Source: a bacterium
GTDB taxonomy: Bacteria; CLD3; SB21
Length of the DNA: 64,000 bases
Reading direction: 5' to 3'
Assembly (NCBI GenBank): GCA_013360215.1
Contig: JABWCP010000006.1
Location: 104,470-168,469 of the forward strand
The notes under the pieces are model-generated. The model had not been told where the DNA came from. It saw only the letters and a list, made by a program, of their open reading frames with translations, and made no database searches. Made by a program: the position numbers and the translations under genes. This document shows positions 28,331-38,960 of the stretch, piece by piece; the stretch's first letter is position 1, and the number at the start of each line of letters is the position of its first letter.

Positions 28331-30742
28331 ATGAAAATCCAAACCAAATTATCGGTTTTGCTTGCCGCCGTATTGATTTTTTTAGTCAGTGCAGTGGCTG
28401 TTTTTCAGTACGTGGATGGTCAGCGCATCGAACAACTCTATCGTCGCGAAATAACAGAGCGAAGCATCGTTTTTGATCAAATCGTTTCGCTCAATAATAA
28501 ATCACTGGAACTTTTCGTGTCGGATTATTCCAATTGGGATGATATGATCACGTTTATTCATAAACCGGATTCCGTGTGGGCCGAAAGTAATATTGATGCG
28601 GTTTTAAGTAAATTTAATGTTCAACTCTCCTGGTTGTGCGATCGTTCGTTTAACGTCGTTTACACGACGCACATAAATTATACCGAAAATAATGAGCTGA
28701 TACGTACGGTGACACGTGATTTTCAAAAATCAGCCAACTCCGGTTTGTTCAAACATTTTTATGTTTTGATAGATGATACGATATTGGAAATCCGTACGGC
28801 GCCGGTACAACCGAGCATGGATGTACATCGCACCACGGAACCAGCGGGGTACTTATTTGTAGGACGGGTATGGAACGATCGCTATGTGAAAGAATTGGCC
28901 GATGCGACACAAAGTGATATGTATATAAGTATATCCGAATCCTCTCTTTTAAATGATCGTGTGCTCCCGAGAGATACGATCGTCGTAACGCGCGCATTTA
29001 AGAATTTATCGGAAAAAACTATCGGATGGGTGAGTTCCATACAAAAAGCGGAGGAATTTACCGAGCTGGACCGCCAGGCCAATTTGCAGTTTATACTGCT
29101 TGTCGTATTCAGTACGGTTTTATTTCTGCCTCTTTTTTTGCTGTTAACCGTATGGGTAGGCCGTCCTTTAAAAATAATTTCTGACGGTCTGACGGATGAA
29201 AATGCGGATAAGCTGCACGCTTTGAAAGACGAATCATCAGAGTTTGGCACTATCACGCGGCTTATTTTGCGGGCGAATGAACAAAAAATATTGTTGGTAA
29301 AAGAAGTGCAGACTCGTACGGAAGCGGAGCAGGCGCTGCGTAGATCGGAACGCGATTATCGTGAGCTCTTTGAAAATGCGCATGATGCCATACTCATTAT
29401 TGATCCGGTTCAGTTTGATGTATTACAGGCCAATCGTGAAGCGGCGCGGTTATACGGTTACGCGCAAGACGAATTTATGAGTTTGCCTTTGATAAAACTA
29501 TGGCCGTCATGTTCTCCGGAGCTTGTGGAAGATATCATGCAAGGGCGGTTCCCGTCGTATTATGAGACAAAACATCTTCGACGTGATCAATCCGAACTGG
29601 TTGTAGAGATCAATGCGGGCATTGCTCAATACCGTAATCAAAAAGTGGTTGTAGCGATTAGTCGCGACGTAACCGTAAAAAAACTTTTTGAAGAAGTGAG
29701 CATGTCGCACCAGATCCTCAACCGCATCGGTAATATGATCATCGTGTTCAATAATAAAGGGGAATGTATTTATGCGAATGCAGCGACCAAGCATGTATTA
29801 GAATATGAACCGGTAGAATTACTTGGTGACGGATGGTGGCAGATAACCCGAAAAGATGCGGAAGAAAGAATACAAGCTAAAGCGCTCAAAGCACGCAAGG
29901 CGAGCGGGGATATTCTGGTCAATGAAACGCCGTATTTGGAAACGTATTACAAAAAAAACGGTTCTATGGTGTGGATCGAATGGCACGATACCTGGGATCC
30001 GGGTCAAATGTTTATTCGTATAGCCTATGATGTTACAGACAGAGTTCGAGCTGACCATGCACAAAATCAGGTCGAAATGCAACGGGTACGCATGGCCACC
30101 GTGGTCGAGACACAGGAGGAAGAACGCAAACGCATTTCGCGAGAACTGCATGACAGTGTGGGTCAGCAACTTTCGGCGATCAAACGTAATATAGAAATAA
30201 TTAAGCAACGGTTTACGGCATCCACGGAGAATGCCTTGTCCTGCGATCACTTGCTGTCAATGGTGGATACAAGCTTACGGGAAATCAAACTGATTTCCTA
30301 TAATCTGTTACCGCGCGTACTGGACGAATTAGGTTTGATTTCTGCATTAGATACATTGTGTCGCACTCAGTTTGGTGCGCAGGGTATTCATGTCTATTTT
30401 CAAACATTCGATGTAGATCAGCGTCTTCCGCAGGACATAGAGCTACCGATATATCGTGTCGTGCAGGAGGCGTTTCAAAATATTACAAAACATGCTAAGG
30501 CCACACAGGTCACCCTCCAATTGATCGGATACGATGATCATGTTGTTGTTACGATCGAGGATAACGGAATAGGGTTCGACCTTGCTTCAATGAATGAAAT
30601 AAAAAAAGCGCCGTTTGGCATGGGTTTACCGGGAATGCGCGAGCGTATTGAATTTTTGAGCGGAAAAATAGATATTGATTCGTCACCGGGTAACGGTACA
30701 TCCGTCGTTATTGAGGTGCCATTTAAAAAAAATGAAGTGTAA
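28331..30742 (+). CDS. Sensor histidine kinase (CHASE4-PAS-PAS-HisKA_3-HATPase)
   Basis: DYSNWDD CHASE4 motif; two PAS-like segments; EEERKRISRELHDSVGQ; DNGIGFD; GMGLPGMRER. Confidence 0.92.
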   Translation: MKIQTKLSVLLAAVLIFLVSAVAVFQYVDGQRIEQLYRREITERSIVFDQIVSLNNKSLELFVSDYSNWDDMITFIHKPDSVWAESNIDAVLSKFNVQLSWLCDRSFNVVYTTHINYTENNELIRTVTRDFQKSANSGLFKHFYVLIDDTILEIRTAPVQPSMDVHRTTEPAGYLFVGRVWNDRYVKELADATQSDMYISISESSLLNDRVLPRDTIVVTRAFKNLSEKTIGWVSSIQKAEEFTELDRQANLQFILLVVFSTVLFLPLFLLLTVWVGRPLKIISDGLTDENADKLHALKDESSEFGTITRLILRANEQKILLVKEVQTRTEAEQALRRSERDYRELFENAHDAILIIDPVQFDVLQANREAARLYGYAQDEFMSLPLIKLWPSCSPELVEDIMQGRFPSYYETKHLRRDQSELVVEINAGIAQYRNQKVVVAISRDVTVKKLFEEVSMSHQILNRIGNMIIVFNNKGECIYANAATKHVLEYEPVELLGDGWWQITRKDAEERIQAKALKARKASGDILVNETPYLETYYKKNGSMVWIEWHDTWDPGQMFIRIAYDVTDRVRADHAQNQVEMQRVRMATVVETQEEERKRISRELHDSVGQQLSAIKRNIEIIKQRFTASTENALSCDHLLSMVDTSLREIKLISYNLLPRVLDELGLISALDTLCRTQFGAQGIHVYFQTFDVDQRLPQDIELPIYRVVQEAFQNITKHAKATQVTLQLIGYDDHVVVTIEDNGIGFDLASMNEIKKAPFGMGLPGMRERIEFLSGKIDIDSSPGNGTSVVIEVPFKKNEV

Positions 30743-30751
30743 TAGTGTCAT

Positions 30752-31423
30752 ATGGAAAAAACGGACGTATTGATTGCCGATGATCATCCGATGGTGCGCG
30801 AAGGGTTGCGTTCATTGCTTGAAACTGAAAAAGGTTTTAATGTTGTGGCCGAAGCCGGAGACGGAGAAGAGGCGCTGAAGTATATGGAGCGCCATAAGCC
30901 GATGATGGCCATTTTGGATATTTCAATGCCCAAATTAAATGGTATTGATACGGCCCGTCAGATATTAAAACGATGGCCGAAAACCCGCGTGGTAATGTTG
31001 ACCATGCATCATGACGAAGCGTTTCTTGTAAAGGTGATGGAAATAGGTGTTCAAGGGTATTTGCTCAAAGATGCAGCCGGCGATGAAATACTACGGGCTC
31101 TCAAGCGGATCGCGGAAGGGGAAAAGTATTTTAGTCAAAGTGCTATGGAAGCGATAGGCCGTCATATTTCAAAAAAGAATGACCCTAATGTTTTGGCTGA
31201 TAAAGAAGCCGCAGAACGCTTAACAAAGCGTGAGTTGCAAATTCTGAGCTTTATTGCTGAGGGTATGAGTACGCCGGAGATTGCCAAAAAATTATACCTC
31301 AGCCCGCGAACTGTGGATACACATCGTGCCAATATAATGCACAAACTAAATATTCATCAAGCTACAGGATTAGTTCGGTTTGCATTAGAAAACAGACTTT
31401 TTGCAAGCGATAAAACTAAGTAA
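30752..31423 (+). CDS. NarL/LuxR-family response regulator
   Basis: IADDHPMVREG, LDISMP, LTKRELQIL...SPRTVDTHRANIMHKL. Confidence 0.96.
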   Translation: MEKTDVLIADDHPMVREGLRSLLETEKGFNVVAEAGDGEEALKYMERHKPMMAILDISMPKLNGIDTARQILKRWPKTRVVMLTMHHDEAFLVKVMEIGVQGYLLKDAAGDEILRALKRIAEGEKYFSQSAMEAIGRHISKKNDPNVLADKEAAERLTKRELQILSFIAEGMSTPEIAKKLYLSPRTVDTHRANIMHKLNIHQATGLVRFALENRLFASDKTK

Positions 31424-31468
31424 AATCACCTAAGTCAAAACTCTACATAAATTACTTCTCTCTACGTA
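31417..31468. promoter_or_regulatory. Putative tandem NarL/LuxR-type operator boxes
   Basis: Imperfect 16-bp palindromes TAAGT-N6-ACCTA (31417-31432) and TACTT-N6-ACGTA (31453-31468), plus half-site ACATA (31445-31449), upstream of the giant surface protein. Confidence 0.45.
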
Positions 31469-31532
31469 TTGTTAAAGCCACCCATTCTATAGTATATAGC
31501 GCCTGATATATTACAAGTTGTAAACTATTTGG

Positions 31533-34500
31533 ATGGAGTGTAAGTTGGATCGCAATTATAAAAATCTGATTTTTGTCATTTTATTCTTTTTGCTGTTTCA
31601 GACGAAAACCGGTTTTGCAAATGTTACAGTAAATTCTGCAAGTGTTACCCCTACAGGTTCCAATCAAAACGGGCAATATACGATAGCCTTTGCTACAGGC
31701 AATGGCACGACAAACTTGATCGCGGGTACAAGTCAGATCATCATTACTTTTAACGCATCAACCTATGTACCGGCCTCCATATCGGCCTCGTTAGTTACGG
31801 TCAATAGCACACAAGCGACGAATGTCACCGTTTCCGGCCAAGTCGTTACGATTACGACACCGGTAGCTATTGCCAAAAATGGCGGTACGGGTACGGTTGT
31901 TATTTCCTCTTCTGCTGGTATACTTAATCCTGCTACGGCGGGTTCCTATACGGTTACGGTACACACATCCGCTGAAACCACACCGGTAACCTCACCGTCT
32001 TATTCGATCACGGCCTCATCTTCTACGGTTACTTCCGGTTCTGTTACACCTAACCCTTCTGTTGAAAATGTCGCTGCAGCTTATACAATTGCTTTTAGCG
32101 TAGGTTCAGGAGGGCGATTAACTACAAGTTCGACCGTAAGTATTAAATTTCCCGTCGGAACGATAGTTCCTGCCGGTTCGATTTCAGGCGTTACATTAAA
32201 CAATACCTCAGCCACCGCCAGCGGTTCAGGCCAAGTCGTAACGATCAATGTACCTCTGGAAGTTTCCAATAGCGGCGCGGTAAGCGTTTATTTCTCAAGC
32301 GGATCGGGTCTTGTAAACCCCAATGCAGGTACGTATGAAGATTCGATAAAAACATCCTCAGAAAACACCTACGTCGCAACGGCATCGTATGGTACAACAT
32401 CTTCGGCGGGTTTGTCCATCTCAGCGGTGACATTGGGAAATAATATCGCTAACGCAACATCCGCCTACACCATAGATTTTGTATTGAGCGCAACGGGTGC
32501 GCTTTCGACTTCAGATAGCGTGGTAATGGTTTTCGATTCATCAACAGTTTTTCCAAGCTCTATAGCCAATAATGCAATCACGATTTCCGCAGGAGGGTTC
32601 AGCGATTTTGTAACGGGAAGTACGGTCAGTAAACAAACGGCATCCGGTCAAACGCGCTTGGCTATGCGTATGCCGGTTTCCGCAGCTAATTCAGCCTCAG
32701 TTAGTGTTCAGATCGCTTTATCAACGAATATTCAAAATCCGGCCGTATCCGGCAATTATCAACTATCCGTTAAAACGCTCAATAGTGGTGGCGCTACGAT
32801 TGATAATGCGCAGGCTTCGAATTCGTATAACATTGCTGCCGCAACGACATCGGTATCTTCATCATCGGTTTCGTTAAGTAATACGACGGCGGCACAGACG
32901 AATGTGTCATACACGCTTGGATTTACTCTTGGTAGTTATGGCCGCATGTTATCGGGCTCAAGTGTATTTAATGTAAAATTTCCATCAGGAACCGGATACG
33001 GCACGTTAACGGGGACAGTGAATGGTACATCCGCATTTACTCCCACGCGAAGCGGTGATACGGTGAGTGTTATTTTGCCTTCAACTGTTTCTCTTAGCAA
33101 TAGTGCTTCCGTTACATTGGTTATCGGGGGTATAACCAATCCGGCTAATGGTTCATATACGGTTTCGCTTGCTACGGCCGTAGAAGCATCGTACGTCGTT
33201 TCACAATCTTTTACGATCGGCGGTACGGCCGTCACGATATCATCCGTGACATTAGGAAACAGTGGTGTGAATCAAACATCGGCTTATACGATTAACTGTA
33301 CCGGTGTAAGTAATCTTAACACCGGTGACATTGTTCGCGTGACTTTTCCGGAAGGCACAACCGTTCCTTCGTCCATAGCTGCAGCTAATGTTACTTTTAC
33401 CGGCGGCACAGGTCAGACCGTTACGTCGGTTGCGACCAATACCGCATCACGATTTGTGGATATTACAGTAGGATCTAATAATAAATCGTTCGCGGCGATA
33501 GTATTTGCATCCGGCGCCGGTTTAGTCAATCCTTCTGTGCCGTCAGCTACCTTTTATAAAGTCAATGTCGTAACGACCACTAATACGCAACCGGCCACCT
33601 CGCCGGCATATACCGTTTCGTCCAATACTACCAGCGTCACGGCCGATACTGTGATCGTAACGTCGAATGTGGTCAGTCAGGCCAATGCGATCTATGAAGT
33701 TTATTTTACGACGGGAGCTTTCGGAAAATTAGCGGGTGGAACAAGCGCCGGATCCGACTCGATTCGAATTCGATTTACTTCCGGAGGCGTTGTAGTTCCT
33801 TCGTCTATTACAGCCGCTAATGTTACCATTAACGGCGTCAGTTCAACCGGTGTACGTGTTGTTACTTCAGGAGCCAATGGGGAAGTAAAAATCGAGATGC
33901 CTAGCGGCGCATCGGTTCCTGCAAGCACTCAATCGAAAGTTACGTTTAGCGCTTCCGCAGGACTTACCAATGGTGGTTCGGCAGGGTCATATCAGGTTCA
34001 GGTTGCAACCGATGCAGAAAATACGCTTTCGACTAAAACATCCAATATGGTTTTTGCTGCTAGTTCGGCATTGGCCGTTACACAGGTGACACCTTCACCT
34101 TCCACGATCAACGCCACGGCGGCTTATACGATCAAGTTTACGACGGGTTCATCCGGTGCATTGGCCGTCAACGATTCGATTCTGATTACATTTCCGTCCA
34201 ATACATATCTGCCGGGTACTATTTCATCTTCGCTTATTACAGTTAATGGTAATCAATTAGCCGTCTCGGCGGTAGGTTCCAATAACGTGTTAAGAATTCG
34301 CAACCCTGTAACGATCAATAATGTAGCTAATGTCACTATTGCTATAAGTTCAAGTGCCGGCATTCTCAATCCGACCGGGGTTTCGACATCATATTCGTTG
34401 ACGGTTACAACAAAAACCTCCGGTGGTACGGTGGTTGAAGGCCCCACAACTTCACCACAATATACCACGACGGCCACTTCCACTACGATCACCACGCCAT

Positions 34501-36326
34501 CGGTTACGTTGAGTTCAAGTACACCATCGGCATCATCAAATTATACAATCGCATTCAATACAGGTACTAACGGACGCCTTCGTTCTACGACGGACTCTGT
34601 TTCGATAGTTTTTCCCTCGGGAAGTACCGTCCCTGCATCTCCGACAGTAACTATCAATACAGTAAGTGCCTCGGCTTATGGCGTGGGTTTAAAAGTGACT
34701 GCAGCTATACCGGCTTCCGTTTCGATCGGAAACTCCGGTTCGGCTAGCGTTGTGATCAACGGGATTACAAATCCTACGGCGGGAAACTACACGTTGTCAG
34801 CTTATACTACAGTAGAAAGCGGCTCTATCACCAGTCCGTCATACACGATCAATAATGCTCCGCTATTGACCGGTGTTTCGTTAGCTTTTACACCCAATAC
34901 GGATACGGTCAATATGGCCGGAGGGGACTCGATTTATTTTACTACAGGGACGGGAGGTGCGCTTACGAGCGGGTCGAGCACAATAACCGTTGTATTTCCA
35001 AACAATACAGTCATACCGGCTTCGATCACGGCTTCTAATGTGACGGTCAACGGCGTTGCAGCTTCGATCGTTACGACGAATAGTGGTACGCGTACGGTAA
35101 CAGTGACATCGCCGACCAATGTTAATGCGAGCACCAATGTTACCTTGTTTTTTGCAACGGCTTGCGGCATTATCAATCCCTCAGTAGCAGGTACGTATGC
35201 CGTGCAAGTGTCCACGACGCCGCAACCCAATTTGACGACAAGTTCCAATTATACGGTTAAAGCGGCGACAACGACCGTAACCAATTTTACGATGACATTG
35301 TCCCAATCCGGAACATCCGATGGACCCAATGAGTTTGGTCGTTATAATTATACTTTTAAAACCGGTTTACGGGGTAAACTATTATCCGGGACGAGTACGA
35401 TATCGCTGCTTTTGCCTTACGATGCGACGTTTACTACGGGTACACCTACTGTAAGTACGGTTACGGTCAATGGTACCGCGGCAGCGGCTCTGCGTTTGGG
35501 TCTATCAACACTCAATGAAGATACTCTGGAGGTAACGGTACCGGCGTCAGTCACGATTGGGAACCAAACGTCAGTAACGGTGATTATTGATTCGACATCC
35601 GGCTTACGTAATGCATCAACAGCGAGCGCACTTACATACAAAGTGTTTACGAGTGTCGAAACGGGAGTTGTCGGCGGAGATGCAACATTGCCGGTTGAGT
35701 TGGCCTTTTTTGATGTGGTACAAAATGGTAACAAGGCTGTATTGAAATGGCGTACTGAAAGTGAAATCAATAACGCTTATTGGCTTGTTGAACGCGCCGA
35801 ATGGAATTTTATTGAAAACGACGGCGATCTACCGGGCAAGACGTCTCATTTACAATATACGAGAGTGGCGGAAATAACGGGGCAGGGTACTAAAAATACC
35901 AGTACGGATTATATATTAAACGATGACAAGGTTGAAACTGGTAAAACATATGTGTATCGTTTGATGGATGTGTCTTACGATGGAGTTTTATCTATCCATC
36001 AGGAGAAAAAAATCATAATCGAAACACCCCAAGTGTTCGATGTGTTCCCCAACTATCCGAATCCGTTTAACCCGAGTACATTGATTCGCTTTCAAATCCC
36101 ATCAGAGTCGCATGTCGTGGTGACTATTTATAATTTACTTGGACAAGAGGTGAAAGAACTGGTTAACAAGGATCTTCCGGCAGGAATGCATACAATGCAG
36201 TGGAATGGTACCAACAGTCGAAATAGTCTGGTGGCATCGGGCATATACTTATACCGCGTAACGGCAACAAGTTTGCAGAATAAATCCAAGTATTCGCGAA
36301 CGCATCGCATGACACTATTAAAATAA
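31533..36326 (+). CDS. Large Ser/Thr-rich secreted repeat protein (~10 beta-rich repeats) with C-terminal sorting domain
   Basis: Signal peptide; recurring YTI.F.TG..G.L, FP.GT.VP, VT.NG and NP..G.Y motifs; then LPVELAFF and NYPNPFNPST...RMTLLK. Confidence 0.9.
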   Translation: MECKLDRNYKNLIFVILFFLLFQTKTGFANVTVNSASVTPTGSNQNGQYTIAFATGNGTTNLIAGTSQIIITFNASTYVPASISASLVTVNSTQATNVTVSGQVVTITTPVAIAKNGGTGTVVISSSAGILNPATAGSYTVTVHTSAETTPVTSPSYSITASSSTVTSGSVTPNPSVENVAAAYTIAFSVGSGGRLTTSSTVSIKFPVGTIVPAGSISGVTLNNTSATASGSGQVVTINVPLEVSNSGAVSVYFSSGSGLVNPNAGTYEDSIKTSSENTYVATASYGTTSSAGLSISAVTLGNNIANATSAYTIDFVLSATGALSTSDSVVMVFDSSTVFPSSIANNAITISAGGFSDFVTGSTVSKQTASGQTRLAMRMPVSAANSASVSVQIALSTNIQNPAVSGNYQLSVKTLNSGGATIDNAQASNSYNIAAATTSVSSSSVSLSNTTAAQTNVSYTLGFTLGSYGRMLSGSSVFNVKFPSGTGYGTLTGTVNGTSAFTPTRSGDTVSVILPSTVSLSNSASVTLVIGGITNPANGSYTVSLATAVEASYVVSQSFTIGGTAVTISSVTLGNSGVNQTSAYTINCTGVSNLNTGDIVRVTFPEGTTVPSSIAAANVTFTGGTGQTVTSVATNTASRFVDITVGSNNKSFAAIVFASGAGLVNPSVPSATFYKVNVVTTTNTQPATSPAYTVSSNTTSVTADTVIVTSNVVSQANAIYEVYFTTGAFGKLAGGTSAGSDSIRIRFTSGGVVVPSSITAANVTINGVSSTGVRVVTSGANGEVKIEMPSGASVPASTQSKVTFSASAGLTNGGSAGSYQVQVATDAENTLSTKTSNMVFAASSALAVTQVTPSPSTINATAAYTIKFTTGSSGALAVNDSILITFPSNTYLPGTISSSLITVNGNQLAVSAVGSNNVLRIRNPVTINNVANVTIAISSSAGILNPTGVSTSYSLTVTTKTSGGTVVEGPTTSPQYTTTATSTTITTPSVTLSSSTPSASSNYTIAFNTGTNGRLRSTTDSVSIVFPSGSTVPASPTVTINTVSASAYGVGLKVTAAIPASVSIGNSGSASVVINGITNPTAGNYTLSAYTTVESGSITSPSYTINNAPLLTGVSLAFTPNTDTVNMAGGDSIYFTTGTGGALTSGSSTITVVFPNNTVIPASITASNVTVNGVAASIVTTNSGTRTVTVTSPTNVNASTNVTLFFATACGIINPSVAGTYAVQVSTTPQPNLTTSSNYTVKAATTTVTNFTMTLSQSGTSDGPNEFGRYNYTFKTGLRGKLLSGTSTISLLLPYDATFTTGTPTVSTVTVNGTAAAALRLGLSTLNEDTLEVTVPASVTIGNQTSVTVIIDSTSGLRNASTASALTYKVFTSVETGVVGGDATLPVELAFFDVVQNGNKAVLKWRTESEINNAYWLVERAEWNFIENDGDLPGKTSHLQYTRVAEITGQGTKNTSTDYILNDDKVETGKTYVYRLMDVSYDGVLSIHQEKKIIIETPQVFDVFPNYPNPFNPSTLIRFQIPSESHVVVTIYNLLGQEVKELVNKDLPAGMHTMQWNGTNSRNSLVASGIYLYRVTATSLQNKSKYSRTHRMTLLK

Positions 36327-36331
36327 AACGT

Positions 36332-36360
36332 AAAAACCGATGTACTACATCGGTTTTTTT
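36332..36360. terminator. Bidirectional intrinsic terminator
   Basis: AAAAACCGATGTA-C-TACATCGGTTTTT between convergent genes. Confidence 0.8.
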
Positions 36361-36368
36361 ATTTAAAG

Positions 36369-36905
36369 TTATTTTACTTTTACGCGATCCGGATGAGCTT
36401 TTATATAAGCTTTCCAGCTTGAAACGGAAGCGCGTGGAGCTTTGATTCGTTGAGCACGGCAAATAGCCAAACCTAGGGCATCGGATTCATCAAAACTCAT
36501 TTCTTTAGTAATGCCCAGTACCATTTTAACCATGTATTGGACTTGTTCTTTAGAAGCGTTGCCGTTTCCGACGACGGCCATTTTCATATCTTTGGGGGAG
36601 TACTCGCTGATATGAACTGCTTTATGCAACGCGCCAAGCATGGCGGCAGCCCGCGCATGGCCTAGTTTTAATGCGGATTTTACATTTTTACTGTAAAACA
36701 CGTTTTCTATGGCGCATTCGTTTGGCTTATAAGTATGCGCCAAATCAACGACATGGTCGTATATCAATTCAAGCTTACGAGCTAATGTCTCTTTCTCGGG
36801 AAGTTCAATCGTACCGCTTGCAACCCAATTGACTTTGTTACGCTCCCAGGTGATGATTCCAAACCCGGTGGTGTTGGTACCGGGATCAATGCCAAGTATG
36901 GTCAT
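36369..36905 (-). CDS. ruvC: Holliday junction resolvase
   Basis: ILGIDPG, AIENVFY, LGHAR, GNGNASKEQV, DESDALGLA. Confidence 0.96.
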   Translation of the reverse strand: MTILGIDPGTNTTGFGIITWERNKVNWVASGTIELPEKETLARKLELIYDHVVDLAHTYKPNECAIENVFYSKNVKSALKLGHARAAAMLGALHKAVHISEYSPKDMKMAVVGNGNASKEQVQYMVKMVLGITKEMSFDESDALGLAICRAQRIKAPRASVSSWKAYIKAHPDRVKVK

Positions 36906-37309
36906 GATGTTTTTAAATAAACTTGCCGAATTTTGCCGAATGATCTGTTAATATCTATTACAAGCTTGGAGTGCGTTAGTTCAACGATAAAATTTGAGCC
37001 TATCTGATTGCCAATACCATCGTTAGTAATTTCGAAATAAATGATTGTGTTGTCCTCTACAACAAAACGAAACATCGAATCAAAATTTGCCGTTGTATCG
37101 GTCGGGTCTTCAAACATTACTCGAACGGTTAAATCGTCATTAAAAACAAATTTGGTTGATCCCGGTGCAGCAGGATTCTGAAATGTTAAGTTCCAATGAC
37201 CAATTAATTCACGTTCCAATTTAGCATCCTGAGAGTCGACTAAATTCTCGCGACATGCTGTAGCAAATAAAACAATAAAGCATAAATATAAAATAAAACG
37301 ATTAGCCAT
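36902..37309 (-). CDS. Hypothetical lipoprotein (lipocalin-like beta fold possible)
   Basis: ATG 37309, MANRFILYLCFIVLFATA-C lipobox, ELIGHWNL; overlaps both neighbours. Confidence 0.7.
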   Translation of the reverse strand: MANRFILYLCFIVLFATACRENLVDSQDAKLERELIGHWNLTFQNPAAPGSTKFVFNDDLTVRVMFEDPTDTTANFDSMFRFVVEDNTIIYFEITNDGIGNQIGSNFIVELTHSKLVIDINRSFGKIRQVYLKTS

Positions 37310-38168
37310 GTTTTCCCCTTTGGCGTTTTTCGGATAAAGCGACACAGTATGAAGTAAGCGCAGTATATATTTTAAGAATATCTTTGGAATGTTTTTGAAT
37401 CGCTTTTTTGTGAAGACGAATGGTTTGTTTGTCACCGCGCATGGCCGGGCCAGTTAACGCAGCCGCTGCTCCATATTTGCTTATATTGGCTAACGTCTGT
37501 TGTTGAATAGGTAAAATAATTTTTTCTAAACCATTTGATTGAGGATAGATTTGCCGGAGAAGTTCGGTGGATGCATGTGATAAAGCAACTAAAAAGTTGG
37601 ATGCGATGACGGCCGAGGCGTGATACGTTGCGCGATCTTTATCGGATATCATAATGGACTTTCCACCCAGTATTTGTACTATATGTTTGACGATATTCAC
37701 CGGTTTGTTTTTTCCGTCGAGTGCAAAATATGTTTTAAATATTTCAGGCGATGCATCTATTCGTGCTACAAACGTTTGTAATGGATGCATTGCGGCTGTC
37801 CAAAACTTTACTTCTTTATTTTCAGAAGTTCGCTGATTCCAAATAGTTGCGCCATACATGCCGGACGTGTGGATAAGTAACACGGAATTATGGGTAAATC
37901 GAATCTGCATAACACGCTTTGCTGTCGCTTTAAGCTGCCGGTCGGGTACGGAAACTATAATGATATTACAAGTACGTAAATCTTCGATTTTATTACTGAA
38001 TATTTTACAATTTATTTTTTTGGCCAAAACAGAAGCACTATGAGATGTAGCCGATACAACGCTTGATACCGGGATTTTATTCCCCGACAAAGCCAATGCA
38101 ATAGATGAACCCACACGCCCGGCTCCTAAAATGCCGACGCGCCAGTTGTTTTTTTGCGATAGGTTCAT
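37302..38168 (-). CDS. Rossmann-like/DUF2520 oxidoreductase (PanG-like)
   Basis: GILGAGRVG, VPDR, HTSG, MHPLQTF, YHASAVIASN, LTGPAMRGD. Confidence 0.9.
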   Translation of the reverse strand: MNLSQKNNWRVGILGAGRVGSSIALALSGNKIPVSSVVSATSHSASVLAKKINCKIFSNKIEDLRTCNIIIVSVPDRQLKATAKRVMQIRFTHNSVLLIHTSGMYGATIWNQRTSENKEVKFWTAAMHPLQTFVARIDASPEIFKTYFALDGKNKPVNIVKHIVQILGGKSIMISDKDRATYHASAVIASNFLVALSHASTELLRQIYPQSNGLEKIILPIQQQTLANISKYGAAAALTGPAMRGDKQTIRLHKKAIQKHSKDILKIYTALTSYCVALSEKRQRGKHG

Positions 38169-38260
38169 TGAGGAAATTAGTGAGCATTATATAAAAAAAC
38201 AATCTTGATTTACGAACAGGCATGGTTTACATTCGCATCATTCATCGGAGGCGTTTATTT

Positions 38261-38491
38261 ATGTTCGATACCTATTCTTCGAAAGTTGAATTGGCTCAAA
38301 GTGATTTTAATGAAATTGCAGAACAGTATTTTCAGAACTATTTATCGTCATGGTGTGATCATAATAAAATAGACGACGCATCACGCAAGGCTATGGTAAC
38401 CGTACTGTCGGATTATTCTAATTTCTTTTTTGATGCGTTAATGCAATCCACCATAGAGCAACATGCCGATAGGACCGAATTGAAAAATTAA
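38261..38491 (+). CDS. Small hypothetical protein
   Basis: ATG 38261 after SD GGAGG; ends 1 nt before the next gene. Confidence 0.6.
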   Translation: MFDTYSSKVELAQSDFNEIAEQYFQNYLSSWCDHNKIDDASRKAMVTVLSDYSNFFFDALMQSTIEQHADRTELKN

Positions 38492-38492
38492 T

Positions 38493-38891
38493 ATGTCCGG
38501 AAGCGTTATACATAATAAACACTATTCCCCGGAGGAAGCGCGAATCCTCTTACACGATATACGCGTCAAAATTAATACACTCGTTGCGCTCAAAAAGCAT
38601 CTGGATGGGATCAATTATAATATCTACAAACATGAATATTTTGGGGGATTGGGTCCTAATGGGTCCAAGTTTCATCCGGAAGAACTCATGACGTTGGTTG
38701 ACATACTACGATCGCTTGAAAAGCAGGGTATCATCATTAAGAGTATCGATGAAGGGCTTATTGATTTTCCTGCAATCCGAGCCAGTGGGGAAGAAGTGTA
38801 TTTGTGCTGGAAATTAGGTGAAGAAGATATTTTTTATTGGCATACGATCCGCGATGGTTTTCAAGGGCGACGCCCGTTATCTGCTTTTTAA
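38493..38891 (+). CDS. DUF2203-family protein
   Basis: YSPEEA, IKSIDEGLIDFPA...VYLCWKLGE...WH...GFQGRRPL. Confidence 0.9.
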   Translation: MSGSVIHNKHYSPEEARILLHDIRVKINTLVALKKHLDGINYNIYKHEYFGGLGPNGSKFHPEELMTLVDILRSLEKQGIIIKSIDEGLIDFPAIRASGEEVYLCWKLGEEDIFYWHTIRDGFQGRRPLSAF

Positions 38892-38960
38892 TTTAACAAG
38901 TTTATCGCATCTACAAATTTACCCGTTCCTTTTGCCTTCGGGTCTAATCAAAGGTTTGGT

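Noticed and set aside
31533-36326. CRISPR array or DNA tandem repeat in the low-complexity region
   Set aside because: The repeats are visible only at protein level and are highly diverged; there are no identical DNA repeats with spacers.
36369-36905. RuvC-like nuclease of a Cas/TnpB or transposon system
   Set aside because: Size and motifs match the housekeeping RuvC resolvase, and there is no mobile-element context.
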